A DNA stretch of 45,707 bases, taken from Trichoplax sp. H2 (lineage: Eukaryota). Below are positions 24,817 through 35,202 of the stretch, one piece after another. A program made the translations under genes and the position numbers. Within the stretch, counting starts at the first letter, position 1. Each line of letters opens with the position of its first letter. The stretch is from contig NOWV01000120.1 of the NCBI GenBank assembly GCA_003344405.1, forward strand, positions 186,001-231,707, written 5' to 3'. The notes below the pieces were generated by a model, which was not told the origin of the DNA, made no database searches, and worked only from the letters and a program-made list of their open reading frames with translations.

Positions 24817-27800
24817 ATGATGTCAACTCACCTTAGATCTTTCATTTTAAATTGCCTGCTTTGCATCATTATTACCCTCTATTTGGATGAAAATTGCTTA
24901 TGCAGTGCGTCGAAATTGGGCTCTCCGATGCAATGTTTGTCCGGTTGTCAATGTCTTGATAAAAATGTGGCCATTTGTTCATCTCTACCCGAAAATTTCG
25001 ATAAAGAGCATCGTAACATAAAGAAAATGTAAGTTACAAGTCTAAATTTGACAATTTAATTTCATCCATTTATAGCTGAAGATAATATATAGCATGTCCA
25101 TTTACAATTCAATGCAGTATTTTAGATCATTAAATGGATGATATCGTTATGAAATAAATGCATTAATTAAGGCCGCCTGCAGAATCTTGCTTGATAATAT
25201 CAGTTATCTATCATTGTTATTTCCTTGACTATATTGTTTTTAGGCTTAACTTAACTTTTTAAATGTTTTTTAATATTAGTATTCTAATAAGACCAAATTG
25301 TAACTGCCAATTTGCAAGATGGTATCGTTGGATCAAATGGAAGGAAATTGATGTTGAAGGCGCTTGTTATCAACCTTCACAATTTTTGAATATTCCAGTT
25401 CAATCAATCCATCTTGAAGCACTTATTTGCCCTCAAGGTTACTATTATGAGCGAATTGTTAGATGTTTAGCTATTGTACTACTGCAAACTCGTGGACATG
25501 ATAGTTAGGTTTACATTTATTAATGCAGTAACTAGGTTAAAAATTTCATTGAATATGTTTTCATGCCACATTAACTTGCGACTTAAGGCGCTTCGTAGCA
25601 TTAAGAACCTGAAAATATTGCTATATCAAAAGCCGTGAATTGTACAATTAAATAGAATTACATCGGTAATTATAATAGATAGTCCAGAGCGTTATTGTTT
25701 TCATGTAAAGTTATCACCTAACATAACGGACAGTACCAGTAAGTGTCTTGCACCTTTTATGATATGTTATTACAAAATTTAAGAACTGTTACGGTAGTTA
25801 TCGCAAGACTACCGTAATCAAATTGCTAATCATTAAATGCATTACATGTGAACGATTGAAAAATAAAGTTCATTACAGTAGTTTATTATAATTATAAGCA
25901 CTTTAGATATTTTATCTGGCATGATTGAACCTGAATTCAGTACTTTCTTCAAATCATTTTAACCTTCTTATTCTTGTTGATTGTGCGTCTAATCGTTTTA
26001 TTTTTGAATATCGTAAACTATTACTATGAATAAGGAGGAAAAAGTGAAATATTCAGAAATAGAATTGTTCGTAGCACTGGCAGCCAACTTCCACCTTATC
26101 AATTTTCTAGTAAGTTTGCAGCATTTTTCCAACACATATCGAGTTAATATAGCACACTGCAACAATTTGGGATAATACTATCCGTAAAATACTCTACCTG
26201 ATATAGCGTACCCAGTCGATGCTATAGGCTGTGACTTTCAGAAAGGTCTATGTGGTTTTCGACAAATTAGAAATGCAGATTCAATCGATTGGGATTTAAA
26301 AAGCGGACCGACAACATATTCGATGGTAACCGGCCCTTTGTCCGATCATACATATGGGACAGGTACTATATTAACATCACATGCTATTAAGATGCTATAA
26401 TATTAGAGATTACCGATATTACTATTCTTGCTAGCCTACAGATTTATCTTATTAAAATTAATTATACTCGCACTGTAATATGAAGAAATTATTATTCAAT
26501 GCAATAATTTAAATAGACTAAAAATTAATTCATTGAAACAATCCATAGTACAATATTCATATTAAGATACTTAAATTAATATGCGAAAATTCTATCAATT
26601 TCAGCTACAGGAAAATATCTTTATATGAATTCTTTACCAAATCCTCAAAATAGTGTTGCTGAAATTATTAGTCCGCCGTTAATCATAGCCGATCAGGTCA
26701 AAACTGTTAATGTAAGTAATATATATAAAATTAAATGGCAAACCCGTTCAATAAATTCATTAGTGATACTACTACTGAAACGGAAGGAAATATAGAATAG
26801 ACCATCGACATTTAAATATAAAATAGACTAAACCAATAGAGCAATTACGAAGCAATTCCATTTTTTGTATTGCCTTATTTTTGTGACTATACCAGCTTTT
26901 ATTGAGATTTCAATCCATTTAAGTTTGTTAATTGCGGTTTATTCTCCATCAGATTATCTTCTATTATCAGCTATATGGACGCGATATCGGTGGTATTAGG
27001 CTTTATGCAATATATTCGAAATATAGCCTAACAAAGTATCAAATCTGGGAACGAAAATATAATAGAGGCCCTTACTGGAGAAAAGCTGATATTATGTTTA
27101 ATCCACAATACCCAGAATATCAGGTTTGTGTGTTAATGTAAATGAATATCCCCTCATTTCTATTTTACAATTATCGTTATACGTATTTGAATTCGCTATC
27201 ATAAAATTAATGTTAATTCTTTCAATTATTGAATGGGATGGTCACAGATTATTTTTCAAGCAATAGACGGAGGAACCTATAGCGATATTGCAATCGACGA
27301 CATTTACATTTCTCCATTTGGTACTCAATAAAATCTTACTTTTGTTGGGTTAATGTATATCATATAGTGTATAACGATAACTAAAATGTATTACAAAATA
27401 TCTTCTCTCGTAGAAGAAGATTGTTATAGCGGCAGCAACTATGGAATATATTACAGGGGTACAACCAGCACAACACAAGCGGGAATAATATGCCAGTCAT
27501 GGTTTACAGTATTTCCACATCAATCTAACTTTTCATCGACTTTTGAAAATCAATTGGAAGTTAATTACTGCCGTAATCCAGGAGGTAGTAAATCGAAGCC
27601 TTGGTGTTACACGATTAATGCCTCAATCCAATGGCAATATTGCGATCTTTCGCAATGTCCACCTCGGTTACCAATTAAACCGACATCATTGCCAGGCGAT
27701 TCGAAATGTAAGCGATCTTATGTCAGGCCTATAAGTGTACGGTTAAAGAAGTTGCTAAGTATAAATAGAAATCCTTAAATCCAGCTAGCATTTTTCTAGC

Positions 27801-30800
27801 AATAGATCTTCCTAGATAAATAATTTTGGTTGATATATAATTACAATATCATCTAATATTTTCGTGTATAATTATTTTCATCGTGTACAAATTTAGTTTC
27901 AATGTAGTACGATGCTATCAATTAAATTAATTGACAAATTTGCATAGAATACAGCCTAAACTATACTGTCTATTTCTTTTACGACCTAAACGTGTAACTA
28001 AGGAAAAGGGTAGATTCTCTGCGAAAATTTTACATTTCATTATAATTAGAGATATTGCATAGGATAATTTTCTGTTATTTTATTTCACCAACCTTAAAAA
28101 TTTTTTAATGCAAATGAAATGGTTTAGTTGCTAGCACGTTACCTATATCAATTGGCCCTAATGGGTTACTTGCTTTCTTTCGTGGCTCGGTATGGGGCAC
28201 TATTTGTATAAATAGTGATTGGGGATATACAGTCTCGACTGTAATCTGTAAACAGAAAGGCATTTCTATATCTGGTATAACAAAAGGTAAGCTTATCTTA
28301 TATTATAACATTAGTGCAGAAAGTAATATTTAAACGCTGTATTAATATACTAAGAATGCGTCATGATAAGGAGGTACAAATGCAGATACTTAAATGCAGA
28401 TTGATTTAATATGAACTTATTATCATAATTTTAATCTAGCTATAAAACTGAATAAAGCTTACGAAGGAGATCCATCTTGGTATTATCCTATTGAATGCAC
28501 TGGGCTAGAAGATTCTCTAGAACAGTGCAAGAGTAACGTTAGCGATGCTAAGGGTTTAGTAAGCTGTGACGATAACTACGCGATAGGAGTCGACTGTCTT
28601 CAACCTACCACAGGTACAATAAAAATTGATTACTATCCTGTATATAGTTAATCCATCTAGGAACAATGTTATCCGGAATTCTTGTTTGGCTCTAAATAAT
28701 GTGATCATATGATTTGTTTAAGGCTGGCCAACCCATGATCCTATCGAATATTATTCTGTCTTGGCTGGGGGGAAATCGTTACGTGAAGGCTACTTACAAG
28801 TATATTCTGGTTCAAGCAATTCTTTCACTACAGTCTGCTCAACTTTGAATAATTCTCTTCCACTCGATATTCCTGACGTTATGTGCAGGGAGCAAGGATT
28901 TCTCTATGCTTTATCAACTGAAGGTAAATTGTATTTACACCTTTGCAATAAATACCTACAGTATATTATTTTTAAGAAGTTATTATTAATCTTTTCATTA
29001 TACCGGAATATATTATTTAAACACAATTTATTAAATTGTTAATTTTTTCAATTTTATCGATTCAATATATTTATATAACATGTGCTGAAATGACAGCCGA
29101 ATTAATTGAGTTAGTCATTTGGCCACGAAAGTCTTGGATTTATGACCTTCGTTGTACTGGCTACGAACATAAGATCTATCGTTGCCAGCAAATGAAATAC
29201 GATAACGTGGATTTGGGACCGAAATGCGAGAGAAGGAACAAGTTGATAACTGCAAAATGCAAAGCTGACGGTATTTTCTTTTAAGTCTGGCTGTGATTTT
29301 TAAGCCTTTATTCGAAAATGTATGAAGTTGTAGCATAATAGGATAATAAGATAATCTCACAATATAAGATAGCTTTGCAAGGATTCCTGTATATTGTTCA
29401 GAGTAATTCCATTTTACATTGTTTGAGAATATTCAGTAGCTTTAAGTCAGCTATACGAGTGGATAAAGCTATAAAATTTTAATTTAAAAAAAATTGAAGT
29501 CACCTAAATATAATTATCTTATTACATTTAATAGAGAGTGATTTAAATACCCTTGACCCAAGCTGTGATTTTGAAAAAGGATTTTGTGGATGGAACTATA
29601 AACATCGGATTCCTTTTACTAATCTTGCCTATTGGGTGTATAAAGATGATAGCGAGGGACATTATCAACCAATTCCTGATTTAGCAGGTTTATAGACTAC
29701 TTGATGGATTATTGGCTACTTTTTAAAATTTTAAATAGCGATTTAAGATTATACCATGACAGTATTTCCAAAATGAATTTTGTTAACCGAATCCGTGCTT
29801 TTATCGAATAATTAGGTAATTTCGTTTATACCATTCAAGGTCCATTTTGGACTTCTGGTAGTTCGGCAGCATTAGCTAGTCCATTACTACAAATAGCTAA
29901 CGATGCCAATTTGGTTGCTTCCGTAAGTATCTTAAATTCGATATATCGAACCTCGAACTACGATGTGAAATTTTATTATTGATGCAACTTTTAGAGTTTA
30001 ATCATAAAAAGTTAAGTTATATGGATAAACTTGTAAGATTTTGAGACTATAATCTTTAATTAAATGGACATAAAACTATGCTCTAGCCTATTTCTACATT
30101 ATTAAATTTTAATATATTAGCACATTTGAACAAAAATCAAAATGTGGTTAGGGTTATCTTGCTTTACTATAGCATATAACTGTAACATTAGTTGCGAATA
30201 GAATTTTTATTAGAGATGTAGATTGGTTTACATCTATAATAAGGTAAAAGGATAAGTTTTCATAAAAAATGTTTAAACGTCGTCTTGCAGATATCTTTCA
30301 AGTATTATGTTTATGGAAGAAATTTTCAAAAGATTGAAGTATTAATTAAAAATGGCAGTCAAGAAGGAGCCAGTACTAAAACATTATGGAGCCAAGAGCT
30401 GACAGTTCAGCAGATTCCTGGCTGGATACCACAAACTTTACCATTGCAGTCCTCAACAGATTTTTCGGTTTGTATCTTGATTAAATAACTCAATGTATCA
30501 GACTTACTGAATCTGAAAGCAGGTTATCAACTATATTTCATTTTTAAAAATTTTAAAAGATTTTAATAGTGGCGTACTCAAAATATATCGATTATAACCC
30601 AAACCCGACACCACCATTAAGCGCTATTGCTCTGGATGATATTAAATTCACAAATATAATTAAAAGTATGTATCCTATATATTCAACTAGTTAATTTTCG
30701 ATAACGCAAGCTTACCTCAAATTTACATCCATCTTTATCTATATTTTCTAATATTGCAAGTAAATAGCTATAAAGGATTATAAATTTCTCAAGATATATT

Positions 30801-30966
30801 TAATTTTTTATCCAGAAATTATCCAGAAAATGATAGAACTGACCCCATCCCTATAATTTTGGTGACGTTGGGACTTCTTACTATTATCGTAGCTTTATTC
30901 GTAATAGTAGGCTATGTCTCGAAAAAGGAAACGAAGAGATCTGTGGTGGTTACAAATGATAAATAA
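24817..30966 (+). CDS. Type I membrane protein: SP-LRRNT-LRRCT-MAM-Kringle-SRCR-SRCR-MAM-TM-short tail
   Basis: 17 exons: 24817-25028 (signal peptide, CLSGCQC..VAICSSLP); 25280-25437 (PNCNC..W..W..CYQP..LICP); linker 26035-26109; MAM 26207-26362, 26605-26711, 26953-27123, 27248-27320 (TGPLSDHT, SDIAIDDI); kringle 27414-27707; SRCR 28128-28286, 28440-28613; SRCR 28723-28923, 29097-29270; MAM 29535-29687, 29816-29922, 30291-30467, 30560-30665; TM exon 30827-30966 (IPIILVTLGLLTIIVALFVIVGYV-SKK). Confidence 0.88.
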
Positions 30967-33502
30967 TAAAATTGTGTACGTAAGTATAATACATCAATTT
31001 TTCTTCAATAATGCAATAACTGCAGAGAATAAAGCAAGGTTTCAATAATGCTGGTTATGTAATAATACTGTAATTGTGACGTTAAGTCGTATCGATACTG
31101 ATAACTTACCATGTTCCTACACTTGTTGGTATTTTATTTAGTATTTAATTTTAAGTACTGAATAGTACAGTTTTTCTTAGAAAATTGAGAAATACGTTTA
31201 GCCAAAGCGGAAAATAGTTCATTTTTATCGAGTGTCGGACAACAGTTTTTGTTGGATGTGTCGTGGTGAAAATGCAGCTAATTCATCATTTTTGTATTGG
31301 CTCGTTATCATTTAGCAATTGTTTACTGCAGTGCAAATCGATTCCTAGGCCAAATGAAATGTTAGAATGGCTATTTTCATGTAGATTTATCACCAATAGT
31401 GTAGTTATTTCTATATAAATCATTCATTCGTAATAAACGAAAAATGATCTTCTTTAGGCTACTGTAACGCTTAGATAATACCCGCTACTTAGAAGATCAA
31501 TGGATGCGAATTTTTGAAATCGTTTCTCTTATGTGTTTTAATTACATAGCAAAAAATCATAAAGATTGATTACATTCATTTCGATGGAAAATAAGAGAAC
31601 TAAAAGATTGTAGTAATAGAACAGTTATGTATTATATTCTACTTCGTCAAATAAATACAAGCAGATCCTTAAATCTAATTTTAGGTATCAGTCTGCCTTT
31701 AATCAGTTTGCTCACTTGTTTCTTATCCTTTAGATTGGTTCTCAATTTTATGGGGAGCCTATGGAAATTATGCAGGAATTTATCCCAACAACTCAATTTC
31801 TTTGCTGATTTAATTAGTGGAATAATTTTAAGCCAGAAATACAATGTTGAATTTCATATGCTATTTGTATAAAATTTATTATAATATCAAACAGAATAAT
31901 TATTGCTATGTCTTGATTTCAATATTTTTCCAGCCAGTATCAAATGCTGCTGCATCCATTGAAAATTGCTTTGATGCAATACTCTACAGTCTGTCCTTGT
32001 AAAGGAATATATGATTCAACATTGGTTACTGATGGCAGATTATCATCGCTTCTTGTGCTCTTGTTCTCTTGTTTTATGCCGCATTGATAACAAGTCAAAT
32101 CACTTTTAGTTATCTTTGCGTGTTTATTCAATGCATATCTAGAAATAGCGCGTGGATGAATCGATATTAATAGATGATTATCATAATACTTACAATTCAT
32201 CGATATGACGATATTCATACTGTACTTATGATGTCGACATTTTCTAATGCTTAATATGTAATTACTTGCTTGCACATTGCAAAATAAAATCAGATATTGA
32301 ATTAAAGATATATTGAACTTCGATAATATAGGAAATTGAAAAATTTTTGTTGCATATCTTTGCATTCATCGGCGATTTTATTTTAAAATCGATCCAGCAT
32401 AACCCTAACTCAACTTAGTATAGAACAGTACCGTCATTCAAACTGCATATGCTTAGTAAAGGCATAGTACAGGCGTATATTGGATGAGGAACTTTTCGCT
32501 TGTCGAATGCAATGTTAACTTATCGTTATTGATATTCTTACTTTTCGTGAAAGTGCTGTATATGCACTCTATTACAGTTTATTCCATTGCTAAAGCGGTC
32601 AAGTGGAAGTATTCGCGACATCCTTGCATGATTGTGTTCAGTAGATGATAATAATGTTACATCAATCGATTATCATGCTGATGATGTAATCCTGTAATCT
32701 GTCACCATTGACTACATAGGAGTTGAAAATCGACTAGGGTAAATATTGTGCAGAAGCAAATCTGAAAGGAACTAAAGTTTTTCTCTTTCATATACCTGGT
32801 CGTACAACACGCAACAATTAGCTGACTACTAAATACTGCTGTCAAATACTTTAATATCTGTGGCATATTCGATTAGCAATCATGAGATGAAGATGTTCTT
32901 GCCACTTCAACACAATATCTAGAATATTCAGCATCAAGATAGTTCGCAGAATTGCAGTAGCATTCTTTACAGCATGAATAGTAACACTATTACTGATGTA
33001 GTGAACTGCAAACTGTGTCCTTGTAGCTGGCACTTCAAGGTCAACCCAAAACCCGGCTTGAACCTGACTCGAGGGCAGGATTCGGATTAAGAATTTTTGT
33101 GGTAATAAAGTGTTTGTATGGCAATTGTTTTCATTTCGGGTTCGAAAATGAATAATTTGATCGGGTTTTATTGGGTTCGAGTTACATTTTCACTCCGTTC
33201 AACCACTTTACTGTGCAGTAGTGCCTAGGACTACAAGAGTACAGTACTACAGCACAGGAAATGCGAAGAGAGCAATTCCAGAGACTGTTCAACTCTCCTC
33301 TACAACCCAAAATAATGTACTGTAATCAAGTCATGCTAAAGCCACCGTCCCCCCATTTTCCCTTGGAAAATCCATGGTGTCTGTCAGTATATTGCAAAAG
33401 ATATAAAAGATATTTCCCGATACTTGTAATGATACTTTGCAAAGTATGAAGTACAATCCATGCCTTGTGAAAGGAGAAAATTTTCTCTTACAAGTTCTCG
33501 GT

Positions 33503-34910
33503 ATTGAAATGCCACTAACCTAATAAATACGTAGGCCTCAAAATGAGTCCACTTTCCTGTCCTGAGGTATGCACAGTAGTTTGAAATGCCCCTAAGTTAA
33601 ATAGGTGGGCCTCAAAATGAGTCCACTTTCCTATCCAGAGGTATGTAGGTTGAAATGTCCTAACCTAATAAATACGTGGGCCTCAGAATGAGTCCACTTT
33701 CCTATCCCAGTGGTATGTAGTTTGAAATGCCCCTAAGTTAAATATGTGGGCCTCAAAATGAGTCCACTTTCCTATGCAGAGGTATGCCCAGTAGTTTAAA
33801 ATGCCCCTAATAACCTAATAAATATGTAGGACTCAAAATGAGTCCACTTTCCTATCCAGAGGTATGTCCAGTAGTTTAAAATGGCCCTAACCTAATAAAT
33901 ATGTAGGACTTAAAATGAGTCTACTTTCCTATCCAGAGGTATGTCCAGTAGTTTAAAATGCCCCTAATAACCTAATAAATATGTAGGACTCAAAATGAGT
34001 CCACTTTCCTATCCAGAGGTATGTCCAGTAGTTTAAAATGCCCCTAATAGCCTAATAAATATGTAGGACTCAAAATGAGTCCACTTTCCTATCCAGAGGT
34101 ATGTCCAGTAGTTTGAAATGGCCCTAACCTAATAAAAATGTAGTACTCAAAATGAGTCCAATTTGCTATCTAGAGGTATGTAGTTTGAAAAGCCTGTAAG
34201 TTAAATATGTGGGCCTCAAAATGAGTCCACTTTCCTATCCAGAGGTATGTAGTTTGAAATGCCTCTAAGTTAAATATGTGGGCCTCAAAATGAGTCCACT
34301 TTCCTATCCAGAGGTATGTAGTTTGAAATGCCTGTAAGTTAAATATGTGGGCCTCAAAATGAGTCTACTTTCCTATCCAGAGGTATGTCCAGTAGTTTGA
34401 AATGCCCCTAACCTAATAAATATGTAGGACTCAAAATGAGTCCACTTTCCTATCCAGAGGTATGTCCATTAGTTTGAAATGCCCCTAATAACCTAATTAA
34501 TATGTAGGACTCAAAATGAGTCCACTTTCCTATCCAGAGGTATGTCCAGTAGTTTAAAATGCCCCTAATAACCTAATAAATATGTAGGACTCAAAATGAG
34601 TCCACTTTCCTATCCAGAGGTATGTAGTTTGAAATGCCTGTAAGTTAAATATGTGGGCCTCAAAATGAGTCCACTTTCCTATCCAGAGGTATGTAGTTTG
34701 AAATGCCTGTAAGTTAAATATGTGGGCTTCAAAATGAGTCCACTTTCCTATCCAAAGGTATGTAGTTTGAAATGCCTCTAAGTTAAATATATGGGCCTCA
34801 AAATGAGTCCACTTTCCTATCCAGAGGTATGTAGTTTGAAATGCCTCTAAGTTAAATATGTACTGTAGGCCTCAAAATGAGTCCACTTTCCTATCCAAAG
34901 GTATGTAGTT
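33503..34910. repeat. Minisatellite, 19 units, mostly 69, 77 or 80 bp, two sequence variants
   Basis: Core CTCAAAATGAGTCCACTTTCCTATCCAGAGGTATG counted 19 times. Linker A (69-bp unit) is TAGTTTGAAATGCC..TAAGTTAAATATGTGGGC; linker B (77/80-bp unit) is TCCAGTAGTTT.AAATG.CCC(TAA)TAACCTAATAAATATGTAGGA. Confidence 0.97.
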
Positions 34911-35072
34911 ACTGTACTGTAGTTTCGATGACTGGGCGGTCGAAATACAGTACAGTAGAAGACAGTCAGGGCAATTTTAGATCGACACCACCATGATAAA
35001 CAGTACAGTGTTACAGTACACTCAGTCTACAGTATAGTACGGTATACTACAGTACTGTACACGGTACGGTAT
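34908..35072. promoter_or_regulatory. TACAGTA/TACTGTA cluster upstream of AMT
   Basis: TACTGTACTGTA, TACAGTACAGTA, TACAGTATAGTACGGTA, TACAGTACTGTACACGGTACGGTA lie 130-295 bp before ATG 35203. Confidence 0.45.
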
Positions 35073-35202
35073 GAACAGTTTGGCTCGCGGTTCCGCCCTA
35101 CGGTAGGTTGAGCTTTCACTGTAGTCAGTGTCAAGCACAAAAGCCCAGCGAAAGCCCAGTCCAATTTTTAAATTGAACAACACCTCCTAGAGACACCACG
35201 GT

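Noticed and set aside
13627-30966. Assignment as neurotrypsin, plasminogen-like or enteropeptidase
   Set aside because: No trypsin domain exons (IVGG, TAAHC, GDSGGP); both genes end with TM helix and stop.
31940-33033. Ly6/uPAR-like fragments on - strand (LTCYQC near 32100; CYYSCCKECYCN near 32960) and the 141-aa ORF
   Set aside because: The fragments are in the wrong order for one domain, and I could not build a phase-consistent model with a signal peptide.
33040-33185. tRNA B-box-like GGTTCGA motifs and AACCCG/CGGGTT inverted motifs
   Set aside because: No cloverleaf or A box; the inverted match is short, with no clear terminal repeats or target-site duplication.
33503-34910. CRISPR array (35-bp palindromic core with 34-45 bp linkers)
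   Set aside because: Linkers are two recurring variants, not unique spacers; no cas genes; the context is an intron-rich eukaryotic genome.
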